A DNA stretch of 64,000 nucleotides from a virus (Duplodnaviria > Caudoviricetes), in IMG/VR virus record IMGVR_UViG_3300030090_003629, positions 1,666 through 65,665 of that record, one strand, 5' to 3'. Shown one piece after another: positions 48,067 through 55,642 of the stretch; position 1 is the first letter of the stretch; every line of letters begins with the position of its first letter. Position numbers and translations under genes: made by a program. Below the pieces are notes generated by a model. The model had not been told where the DNA came from. It searched no databases and worked only from the letters and a program-made list of their open reading frames with translations.

Positions 48067-48368
48067 TAATCATATTGCTGTCTAAAGTAAGTAGTTGTGC
48101 TTGGCATTTTACACCCATCATCACATCTCCATTTACGCAAAGACTTGTTAATTCTAGAATTTGGATCTCTTTTTTTCTTAGCTCCAGTTAGTTTCTTTTT
48201 CATACCTTTCATTCTAGCACAAAAAGACTTTTTTCTAGATTTTCTTTTGCCTGTAGGATTTTTTTCTGTGACAGGAGCTTTAACGCCAGCACTTTTACGT
48301 CCTTTAGCATTTAATCCTCCAGAAGGACTTTTTCCTTCTTTACGTTGCCATACTGGTGTTCTAGCCAT
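48066..48368 (-). CDS. basic protein, DUF6321-like
   Basis: WQRKEGKSPSGGLNAKGR..RKKSFCARM..SRINKSLRKWRC. Confidence 0.7.
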   Translation of the reverse strand: MARTPVWQRKEGKSPSGGLNAKGRKSAGVKAPVTEKNPTGKRKSRKKSFCARMKGMKKKLTGAKKKRDPNSRINKSLRKWRCDDGCKMPSTTTYFRQQYD

Positions 48369-48370
48369 TA

Positions 48371-48742
48371 TTAATCAAATTGAGGTCTGAACTCACCACC
48401 TTTCATATACGAGTATGACTTTTTCATTTTACCACCCATACCATACATCATAGCTTTTTTCATCTTACCACCATGCATCATTTTATTTTTCTTAGCACCA
48501 ACAATTCTGTCAGCAGCTGTAGGGTTTGGATTATTATCATATCCTGCTTTTACACTTAACATACCAAATTCACCGCCTTTTTTGTATTTCTTTTTCATCT
48601 TCATACCATAAGCAGCTTTAGCTGTTTTTGCAGCGTTTTTAAAATCTTGATCAGATGGAGCTCCAGGAGCGCCTTTCTTTCTCATTTTTTCCCCTCTTTT
48701 TCTTTTTGCATGAATGTTTGCATATAAACCACGTTTTGCCAT
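48371..48742 (-). CDS. very basic Lys/Met/Gly-rich protein, possibly DNA-condensing core protein
   Basis: GLYANIHAKRKR..GAPS..FK.AAKTA motif and repeated xxGG motifs. Confidence 0.65.
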   Translation of the reverse strand: MAKRGLYANIHAKRKRGEKMRKKGAPGAPSDQDFKNAAKTAKAAYGMKMKKKYKKGGEFGMLSVKAGYDNNPNPTAADRIVGAKKNKMMHGGKMKKAMMYGMGGKMKKSYSYMKGGEFRPQFD

Positions 48743-48761
48743 TTTTTTAATTTTTAAGTTA

Positions 48762-49292
48762 TTACATTTCTTTTATTTCTTTTCTTCTTTCCAAAAAGGA
48801 TAAACCTTTATCTCCTACAATCTTTTGTCTAGCACCCCTTCTGTCTATAGCATCTAATAATGCTTGTCTTGTTTTTAATATCTTTTCTACACCTATCATA
48901 AGCTTTTGTAGCATCTCTGCGTTCTCTTCGTCTAAGTGCATCTTGTCTATTAGATTTGTAAATTGATTTATTTTATTATTAAAAGCTATCAACTGCTCAT
49001 CTAATGGATCAAATTGTAATTCTGTATACTTATTACACGCAGCCTTTACAGCAGCATCTTTACTTCCTTTCCAATTGTATGTGTCGTACAAATCTTTTGA
49101 TACAGCCTTTACACGTTCATTCTCACTATAATGTCTATATGGGCTTTCGTAGTCGCAGACTAGCGCAACCCATTTGAGGGCCGTAGGCCCGAATTTTTCT
49201 TTCTTAATGAGTGTAAGAAATTCAGGTACAGCAGACACCCCGTCATCGTCTTTAAATATATCTCCCTTTCTATTTAATTTTAAAAGGTACAT
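48762..49292 (-). CDS. conserved helical protein, candidate terminase small subunit
   Basis: DYESPY and AACNKY motifs, coiled coil, located upstream of TerL. Confidence 0.45.
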   Translation of the reverse strand: MYLLKLNRKGDIFKDDDGVSAVPEFLTLIKKEKFGPTALKWVALVCDYESPYRHYSENERVKAVSKDLYDTYNWKGSKDAAVKAACNKYTELQFDPLDEQLIAFNNKINQFTNLIDKMHLDEENAEMLQKLMIGVEKILKTRQALLDAIDRRGARQKIVGDKGLSFLERRKEIKEM

Positions 49293-49558
49293 TACAATTT
49301 TAATTTTAACTTAAAAATATATCTTATGGCTTTTTCAGTTTGCCACAATCCTGTATTCATAACCTTTTCAATTTTATAGTTTGGATTTTCTTGTAGATAC
49401 CAATTAGATCCTATAACAGTAAACCCAGCGTTGCTTGCTCTTCTCTTAATTTGTTTTTCGTCTTCTATTAACTCTAATAGATCGTCATAATTTTTTTCTA
49501 AAAAATAGCAATCGTTTATTGCGTATACTTTTCCTTCTTCTCTGTTAATCTCTTTCAT
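49292..49558 (-). CDS. hypothetical protein
   Basis: 88-aa ORF translationally coupled to neighbours. Confidence 0.55.
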   Translation of the reverse strand: MKEINREEGKVYAINDCYFLEKNYDDLLELIEDEKQIKRRASNAGFTVIGSNWYLQENPNYKIEKVMNTGLWQTEKAIRYIFKLKLKL

Positions 49559-50237
49559 TTATAATTTTTTGTAATATTGATGAGCCTCTAAACAGATTGT
49601 TAAATATATTAATACTATTCTGAAAAGATTTTTCAGTACTATCTGTTGCTAAAAAAGGCATTTTTGTTTGTTTTATTTTTGCGTCTTCTTTTCTTGACTC
49701 TAATACAGCTAAACTATCTTTAGCAGCCATACTTTCTATAAAACTATTAAGTTTTGCTTGTGGTTCGTCTTTACCAGACCAATGGTTTTTTAGCCAAAAA
49801 TCTTGTACAGATTGTTCCCCCGACCACACTTTACTAAAATTAGACGTGGGGTGCATTCTGTGATTACCTAAAAATAACATTTTTTGTTGATCAGCATTTA
49901 GTTTGGTAACGTCATAGCTTTTTGTTTCTTTACTATCTAGACTAGCTTGTCTTAACCATTGTGGTAACGGTATGTTTTTCTTTTTTAAATACTGCACCGT
50001 TCTGTTTATAGCAGAGTTTGCACCCTCTTTATGTCCAACTTCAAACATAAATAGCCCCCTACCTACTCCATCTTTTTTACCAGACTTGGTTATTTGCACT
50101 GCTTTTGGATCCATTCTTTGTTCAGCGCCTGTTTCGTGAAATGCTATATAATCCATCAGGTTGTAATAGTCCTGTGGTTTTCCTCCCTTATCTTGTATTA
50201 CTAACTGTAATAACTCTTGTAAGTTTATTTCGTCCAT
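49545..50237 (-). CDS. lysozyme/transglycosylase-fold protein
   Basis: IAFHETG (catalytic-Glu-like) followed by GRGLFMFE. Confidence 0.5.
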   Translation of the reverse strand: MDEINLQELLQLVIQDKGGKPQDYYNLMDYIAFHETGAEQRMDPKAVQITKSGKKDGVGRGLFMFEVGHKEGANSAINRTVQYLKKKNIPLPQWLRQASLDSKETKSYDVTKLNADQQKMLFLGNHRMHPTSNFSKVWSGEQSVQDFWLKNHWSGKDEPQAKLNSFIESMAAKDSLAVLESRKEDAKIKQTKMPFLATDSTEKSFQNSINIFNNLFRGSSILQKIINERD

Positions 50238-51178
50238 TAGAAACGTCCTCCTTTAGTAAAATTACGTCTTTTTACTGGGCGAGCAAAAGTTTCTAGCCCT
50301 AATATTTTTCTTTGCTCTTCTGTAATGCCTCCTCCCTTTCTTCTTTTATTACCGAAATTTAAATTCATTAAGGTTTTAGTAATTTCTGGGCTTATCATTC
50401 CAGCACCAAGAACACCACCACCTAACATTTTTGGGGGTTCTGGGTTAATAACATTTTTAGCTTGCATGCTAGCGATTAGCATATCAGCTATATTACTATA
50501 CATTCCCCCTACATTTTGATTCATAAGATCAGGAAGACCCAAATTAGATCTCATACTCCTGTTTGCTTCAATAAGCTCTTCTTTGTTACTGTGTGTAACG
50601 GGAACCCTAAAAGAAAGATTTGCATTTTGTTGATCAATTTGTTCTTGAATTGGGTTTGTTCCTGTAGCTTCAGGATAATTTGAATAAAATGGAGACGAAA
50701 ACTGCCTCATATCCATTTCACCCCCCATATTAAACTTCTCACTCATAGAGCCAATCTTCTCTGACTGTTTCTTATGCATTTGTGATGCTTTACTTAACTC
50801 ACCAGCAATTTTTTGTAAACTACTTTTTAATGTACCACCATGCTCAAACGAAGATACGTTCTTAGATATATACGGATTTAAAGCTATTAAAGGGTTAGCA
50901 TCCATGTTGCCCTCTGTTGGTTCTGATCCTCCCCCAGTACCTCCTCCATCTCTTTCACCTGACATTTGATTAATAGCATTTGCAGAAATCGTATTTAATG
51001 TATTGAATAAATTAGCAAGGTTACGATCAGGACTCATACCCATAGGTAAAGGCGCAGGTTTTCTAAAAGCTGACGGATTGGGTATTGACGGATTGTTTAT
51101 TGCTGGATTAATAGCAGGCATATCTGGTTCGTATATAGCTAGATTAGTTGGTCCTGGTGGTAAATTTGTAGCTGCCAT
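50237..51178 (-). CDS. low-complexity hypothetical protein, first gene of the late block
   Basis: Pro/Asn/Met/Gly-rich with FEHGG, FNMGG and FTKGG motifs. Confidence 0.6.
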   Translation of the reverse strand: MAATNLPPGPTNLAIYEPDMPAINPAINNPSIPNPSAFRKPAPLPMGMSPDRNLANLFNTLNTISANAINQMSGERDGGGTGGGSEPTEGNMDANPLIALNPYISKNVSSFEHGGTLKSSLQKIAGELSKASQMHKKQSEKIGSMSEKFNMGGEMDMRQFSSPFYSNYPEATGTNPIQEQIDQQNANLSFRVPVTHSNKEELIEANRSMRSNLGLPDLMNQNVGGMYSNIADMLIASMQAKNVINPEPPKMLGGGVLGAGMISPEITKTLMNLNFGNKRRKGGGITEEQRKILGLETFARPVKRRNFTKGGRF

Positions 51179-51201
51179 AGTATAAATATTTTATTTATTT
51201 A

Positions 51202-51209
51202 CAAAGATA
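51202..51209 (-). promoter_or_regulatory. Bacteroidetes-type -7 promoter element (TATCTTTG) heading the late block
   Basis: Intergenic, about 24 nt upstream of the ATG at 51178. Confidence 0.65.
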
Positions 51210-51304
51210 TATAAAAAATTTTATTTTTTTGTGAGGGAGTGATGCTATATGCTTAAATCCCCCCTGGTTTCTCAAAACTTTGGATACCGTACCCCATTTT
51301 ACCT

Positions 51305-51317
51305 TTTACTATTCTTA
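51305..51317 (+). promoter_or_regulatory. repeated early motif TTTACTATTHTTA (copy 1 of 6; others at 51524, 51989, 52680, 53335, 59196)
   Basis: Same 13-mer 30-41 nt upstream of six plus-strand ATGs. Confidence 0.6.
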
Positions 51318-51345
51318 CTCAGTATTAATCAATATATATATTATC

Positions 51346-51510
51346 ATGACAGATTTATTAGTTTGGTGCTTAATAGTTGCACTATCATTTGCAAAACTAT
51401 TCCTTTATGTTCTACTTATTGTAGCGGTATGGGTATGGATTAAGAAACACAGTCCTAAAACTGCAGAACAAATCAAGAACTATGTTCCATTTAAAAAGAA
51501 GAGTAAGTAA
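51346..51510 (+). CDS. small membrane protein (54 aa)
   Basis: Start reassigned to ATG 51346 (MTDLLVWCLIVAL...); long hydrophobic stretch and basic tail. Confidence 0.65.
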   Translation: MTDLLVWCLIVALSFAKLFLYVLLIVAVWVWIKKHSPKTAEQIKNYVPFKKKSK

Positions 51511-51526
51511 TTACTCTCTTTTTTTT
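51499..51526 (+). terminator. intrinsic terminator
   Basis: AGAGTAA-GTAA-TTACTCT followed by a T-run. Confidence 0.7.
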
Positions 51527-51560
51527 ACTATTATTACTAACAACTAATACATAATATACT

Positions 51561-51671
51561 ATGAAAGATATAATTTTATTTCCAATCTATCTTATTGTTG
51601 GTCTTGGAGTATTTATTTTTGTTAAAGAAATAAGACAAGAGATAATAATGAGAGTTAAAGAAGAGCTATAA
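51561..51671 (+). CDS. 36-aa single-TM micropeptide (not in ORF track)
   Basis: MKDIILFPIYLIVGLGVFIFVKEIRQEIIMRVKEEL*; has its own upstream motif and terminator. Confidence 0.65.
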   Translation: MKDIILFPIYLIVGLGVFIFVKEIRQEIIMRVKEEL

Positions 51672-51684
51672 TGCTCTTTTTTTT
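51661..51684 (+). terminator. intrinsic terminator
   Basis: AAGAGC-TATAAT-GCTCTT followed by a T-run. Confidence 0.7.
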
Positions 51685-51858
51685 AGTTATTTAATAAAAA
51701 AGTATAATTATTGCGTATTGAAGTGTGAGTAGTATACTCTATTAAAACCCTTATAATCATCATATAATAGCAATTATAAGCATTACTATTACTCTAAGTA
51801 GTTGATAATCAATCAGTTATTGTTTATTTATTAGATATTATATAAGTATAATATGTCT

Positions 51859-51984
51859 TTAATATATTTAGCTGATTAACTATCGTTATCTCTAATAGAT
51901 GGCGAAGTTATACAATTTATTTTACATTGTCAAGTCTTTCTAGCATTTTTTTATATAAATTATTATCATTAATATATTTAGCTG
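51859..51984. repeat. 16-bp direct repeat TTAATATATTTAGCTG
   Basis: Copies at 51859-51874 and 51969-51984. Confidence 0.75.
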
Positions 51985-52029
51985 TTTATTTACTATTATT
52001 ATTAAGTATTAACCAAATTTATATAAGAT

Positions 52030-52317
52030 ATGATTTTACATGAAATTAATTGCTCTTGCGGTTGTACAAGAGCTGAAAAACTAGACGAAAAGTGGGGTAA
52101 TTGCGTAAAGTGTGGAGCACCACACGACATACAGTTTAGCGATTACACTACACACGATGTTAAACTTACACCATTAAATGTAATAGAACAACGTGCTAAA
52201 GAACAAGCAGTAATAGATATGTGGAGAAATGATTTAATAAACTGGGATGATAAACCATTTATTAACTGGTCTACCTGCTTTCAAGTAGAAGATGAACAAT
52301 TTGGAGTGCCATTTTAG
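52030..52317 (+). CDS. Zn-ribbon hypothetical protein
   Basis: CSCGC...CVKCG; ends EDEQFGVPF. Confidence 0.65.
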   Translation: MILHEINCSCGCTRAEKLDEKWGNCVKCGAPHDIQFSDYTTHDVKLTPLNVIEQRAKEQAVIDMWRNDLINWDDKPFINWSTCFQVEDEQFGVPF

Positions 52318-52331
52318 GCATTCCATTTTTT
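52303..52331 (+). terminator. intrinsic terminator
   Basis: GGAGTGCC-ATTTTA-GGCATTCC followed by ATTTTTT. Confidence 0.65.
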
Positions 52332-52342
52332 AACCTAAACAT

Positions 52343-52649
52343 AAATAAGAAAGGTCAGAACAAAGTGGTTTCAGTGTAGGTTCTGCAGGACCGATTGTGT
52401 AATACATCAAAGAAGTTCCACACCTTTCTTATTTTTAACCTAAATATTAAAAAAAGGTGTTGAATGGTGTAAATCCAGACGTGGTAATACCAGCTTAATT
52501 GAGAATAAAACACTTGCGTTACCAACTCTCAGCCTTTTTTTTTATATTTGCAAACTTGTAAAATATAGAGGTGCCATCATATCTGTCGTAATACTTGCTT
52601 TTCTAAACTATATTTTATGCATAAGAGGTTTGGCACAGCCTCTTTTTTT
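52343..52649 (+). ncRNA. array of three stem-closed structured elements plus a terminal hairpin (candidate ncRNAs)
   Basis: 13-bp IR AAATAAGAAAGGT/ACCTTTCTTATTT (52343-52434); AAAAAAAGG/CCTTTTTTT (52449-52543); GTAAAATATAG/CTATATTTTAT (52558-52618); each contains GTAATAC. Confidence 0.55.
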
Positions 52650-52653
52650 ACTT

Positions 52654-52677
52654 CTCTCGCTCGCTTACGCTCGCTCG
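52654..52677. other. GCTC-repeat element CTCTCGCTCGCTTACGCTCGCTCG
   Basis: GC-rich CGCTCGCT direct repeat within AT-rich intergenic DNA. Confidence 0.6.
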
Positions 52678-52719
52678 TATTTACTATTTTTATTAATATT
52701 AATCATAAAATTTTATAAA

Positions 52720-53022
52720 ATGACAAAAAAATCAAAAACTACTACGAAAAAAGTTACTAAAAAAACTACAAAACCTGCACTAAACTTTGCTTCAGGTGTA
52801 TTTATTAAAGAAACTGAGTATTCTATTCTTATGGACTTTAATGCTAAAGCATTTTGTCAATGGATGAAAGACAATATAAATGAAAAAGGTTATGTAAGAA
52901 CTATAGTTAGAGCCAACAAAGAAGGTTCTAGATTTTCACATAACATGTCTTTAAATGATTATAGTCCTAAAGCTGTTGCAGAAAAAGCTGTTCAAGAAAC
53001 TGCTGAGGACTTACCATTCTAA
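52720..53022 (+). CDS. small putative ssDNA-binding protein
   Basis: Start reassigned to ATG 52720; N.KGYV motif and acidic EDLPF tail. Confidence 0.55.
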   Translation: MTKKSKTTTKKVTKKTTKPALNFASGVFIKETEYSILMDFNAKAFCQWMKDNINEKGYVRTIVRANKEGSRFSHNMSLNDYSPKAVAEKAVQETAEDLPF

Positions 53023-53261
53023 TGGGTATATTAGGTATATCATTCTTCGCTGCCGTTGGTTATTATATCATTGTATATAAAGCCATCGGTAGACGTAGAC
53101 TAGTTAAAACACAAACATTCTGGGACATACTATTTACTTTGTTGTTACCATTATTGTTTATTGGAACATTCAGCGGTTTGGCTACTGCTGTTATTGCAGG
53201 CGTGTTGTTTTCATGCTTTACAGCTATTACACCATCGCCTACAGAAGACGACTACAAATAA
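53022..53261 (+). CDS. small membrane protein
   Basis: Two to three hydrophobic helices. Confidence 0.65.
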   Translation: MGILGISFFAAVGYYIIVYKAIGRRRLVKTQTFWDILFTLLLPLLFIGTFSGLATAVIAGVLFSCFTAITPSPTEDDYK

Positions 53262-53264
53262 AAT

Positions 53265-53337
53265 AGGTTGAAAGAGTATCTTAACGAATATCCGTGATAA
53301 CACGGTACGGTAAACTAGAGCTCTTTCTTCCTTTTTT
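53265..53337 (+). ncRNA. stem-closed structured element / terminator
   Basis: GAAAGAG/CTCTTTC stem enclosing CCGTG-ATAA-CACGG, followed by a T-run. Confidence 0.5.
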
Positions 53338-53372
53338 ACTATTATTATTAATATAAATCAATACTTTTGCTT

Positions 53373-53771
53373 ATGAAAGAAAATAATTATGAGATAAGCG
53401 CACAATATCTCAAAGACTTAAAAAAATTACTAAAAGATAAAAACAGTAATATCAAACCTTATCACATTGCGCACGCATCATTTAGAAAAAATAATTCAGA
53501 TTTAATTATTAAAAAAGTTAATAAAATAGACTTTATTATTACATATCTAGACGGTACTAAACAAAAATTTCCAACATATAATGAACTTATGAGGATGACA
53601 AAAAATCTAAATGATCTATATCCTAAAAATAGAAGAGATTATATAGATAGGTATTTTAAGGTTATAAATGCTTTTCATAAGCACAGAGCTAAACTTAAAA
53701 AGAAAACAAATGCTATTGCTAACAGATTGTTACCCAATCAAGTAAAAGCATTAGTATCAAAAATATCATGA
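53373..53771 (+). CDS. basic hypothetical protein
   Basis: ATG at 53373, just after TACTTTTG. Confidence 0.6.
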   Translation: MKENNYEISAQYLKDLKKLLKDKNSNIKPYHIAHASFRKNNSDLIIKKVNKIDFIITYLDGTKQKFPTYNELMRMTKNLNDLYPKNRRDYIDRYFKVINAFHKHRAKLKKKTNAIANRLLPNQVKALVSKIS

Positions 53772-54047
53772 TGACGGTAATAACCATGGGCCATCATCAT
53801 AGGGTCAGGTCGGGCAACTATTTGTAGAATTAATAAAATTCATAATTAAAGTGTTCTAATTGCAGATAAACTTTAAGCATAGCAAGTTGACGTAAAGTGT
53901 TCCTGGCTCTATTTATATGTATGCTCCCTTCGTTGAAAAATACCACAGGTGATCATACATTTATAGAAAGGAGGTTAGTAAACATAACAAATAATAATTC
54001 AGCGGTTATACTTTGTGTGTATTTACAATTCCTCCTTTCTTTTTTTT
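53768..54047 (+). ncRNA. second array of four consecutive structured elements (candidate ncRNAs)
   Basis: ATGATGA/TCATCAT; ATAGGGTCAGG/CCTGGCTCTAT with G-U pairs; ATGTATG/CATACAT; AGAAAGGAGG/CCTCCTTTCT plus T-run. Confidence 0.55.
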
Positions 54048-54066
54048 CAATTTAAATTATATATAA

Positions 54067-54603
54067 ATGACAACATTATTAAAAAAATTAAAACATTATT
54101 TTTCAGGAGAACATGAAAAAAATGAAAAAATACTAATAACATTATTTAACTTTAAGAAATCAAACAGTCATTATACACCAAATTACTGGTGTTTAAACAA
54201 TATGTTAGCTCTTAACTTTAAAAAATGCATGACGTGGATTATATTTAATATCTATAATCCATTTGATAAAGATACGTGGAAATTATCATTTGATATAAAA
54301 TTTACTCCTGATAGTTATTTTAGTAGAGTAGAAAATAAAAGAACTAAAGAAGAAAATAAATATCTTGATAATAAAGGTTTAATTGTAAGAGAAACTATGG
54401 TAGTAAGAGAGATTTCATCAAAAATACAATTATTATTTATTGAGTTTAATTTTATGTTCAATTTTGACTATTTATTAAAATATGAATTATCAAATTACAT
54501 GAAAGATGACGATTTTATAATAAAATATTATAGGCCTAGTTCTTTAAATATAAATAACGATGATGATTGGATTAATTATAGACATAAAAACAATATACTT
54601 TAA
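54067..54603 (+). CDS. hypothetical protein
   Basis: 178-aa ORF, very AT-rich. Confidence 0.55.
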   Translation: MTTLLKKLKHYFSGEHEKNEKILITLFNFKKSNSHYTPNYWCLNNMLALNFKKCMTWIIFNIYNPFDKDTWKLSFDIKFTPDSYFSRVENKRTKEENKYLDNKGLIVRETMVVREISSKIQLLFIEFNFMFNFDYLLKYELSNYMKDDDFIIKYYRPSSLNINNDDDWINYRHKNNIL

Positions 54604-54605
54604 CT

Positions 54606-54824
54606 ATGACAAAAACAGAATTAATATTAAAAGTAGCAGAAAGATTAGCTCACAAAGAAAATATAGCTACATCATATAATGAAATAGCAGAAATTGTATT
54701 AACTTATAATAAAGGCTGGAAATATGAGGGAGAAGAAATGATTGAATTAATAGATGAAATATTATCTGTTAAAGAAAATATAATAAAAAGTTTAAATTCA
54801 ATACAAAAAGATTTATCATTTTAA
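54606..54824 (+). CDS. hypothetical protein
   Basis: 72-aa ORF in operon. Confidence 0.55.
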   Translation: MTKTELILKVAERLAHKENIATSYNEIAEIVLTYNKGWKYEGEEMIELIDEILSVKENIIKSLNSIQKDLSF

Positions 54825-54843
54825 TAACTAAAAACAAATAATT

Positions 54844-55401
54844 ATGCCAAATTGGTGCTGGAACCACCTAGAAGTAACAGGTGACAAAAAACAACTACAT
54901 AAATTTGTAGAAAAATCTAAAAGTGCTCATAAAGAAAGAGAGTTTTCATTTGAAGGTACTCTACCGCGTGGTGATCGTAAAGACTGGTGCGACTGGAGTA
55001 TAGAAAATTGGGGAACTAAATGGGATGCATGTGAGCCATATATATGTCATTGTGATATAGATTACTTTGCTGTATCATTTCAATCAGCTTGGTGTCCTCC
55101 TATAAACTGGATAGATAATATATTAAAAGACTTTCCTGACTTACGCTTTACACTAGAATACGAAGAAACAGGTATGTGCTTTGGCGGAAGATTAACAGCA
55201 CAGCATGATAAGATATGGGAAGATGATAATTGGGATCTTGATCAAGCTTCAGAATGCTGTGAAGGAGAGGTAAACTGGGATCACGAAGAGCTTGAGCAAC
55301 AATGTCTAATATGTGGAGATGAGTGTGAAACAATAAGTATTAACGCAAGTCAAGTTAGGCCTGCACAAATTAAAATAAATGAGAATAAAAAAGATAGGTA
55401 A
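54844..55401 (+). CDS. DUF1281/YubB ferredoxin-like domain protein
   Basis: MPNWCWNHLEV, WSIENWGTKWD, FQSAWCPP, YEETGMCFGG. Confidence 0.8.
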   Translation: MPNWCWNHLEVTGDKKQLHKFVEKSKSAHKEREFSFEGTLPRGDRKDWCDWSIENWGTKWDACEPYICHCDIDYFAVSFQSAWCPPINWIDNILKDFPDLRFTLEYEETGMCFGGRLTAQHDKIWEDDNWDLDQASECCEGEVNWDHEELEQQCLICGDECETISINASQVRPAQIKINENKKDR

Positions 55402-55642
55402 AAGAGTTTACAATTCTTACTCGGAGTGGCGTAGTTATATAACAAAACAAAGAGAAATAAATATTATGCAAAAGAAATTAGTACCTGCTGTAAACAAGTT
55501 AATAGAAAAACTATATAGTGTTAATAATGTTTACTTAGGAGAAAAAGGATTATATCATGAAATGGAAAAACTTAGAAACAAAACTAATGATATAAAAAAA
55601 GAAATAATAAGATTTATAAACTTAAAACAATTTAAAAAATGA
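55379..55642 (+). CDS. hypothetical protein
   Basis: 87-aa ORF overlapping neighbours. Confidence 0.55.
   Translation: MRIKKIGKRVYNSYSEWRSYITKQREINIMQKKLVPAVNKLIEKLYSVNNVYLGEKGLYHEMEKLRNKTNDIKKEIIRFINLKQFKK

Noticed and set aside
389-51185. Many short plus-strand ORFs in the track opposite the late genes, and minus-strand ORFs opposite the early genes
   Set aside because: Antisense shadows of long real genes, with no start context or recognisable motifs
52327-52649. Possible mini-CRISPR array (TTTTAACCTAAA linker with unique intervening sequences)
   Set aside because: Only two 12-bp copies, about 105 nt apart; the intervening sequences are self-complementary; no cas genes
52630-52719. N-terminal extension of ORF 52630 that looks like a signal peptide
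   Set aside because: It is translation through a terminator, the GCTC repeat and the promoter motif; the true start is ATG 52720
53966-53975. Perfect Shine-Dalgarno GAAAGGAGGT
   Set aside because: No start codon at proper spacing; it is the 5' arm of a stem pairing with CCTCCTTTCT, and other genes lack SD sites
52343-54047. tRNA or tmRNA genes in the structured intergenic regions
   Set aside because: No cloverleaf with a GTTCRA T-arm and proper acceptor stem found by eye; tRNAscan/ARAGORN would be decisive
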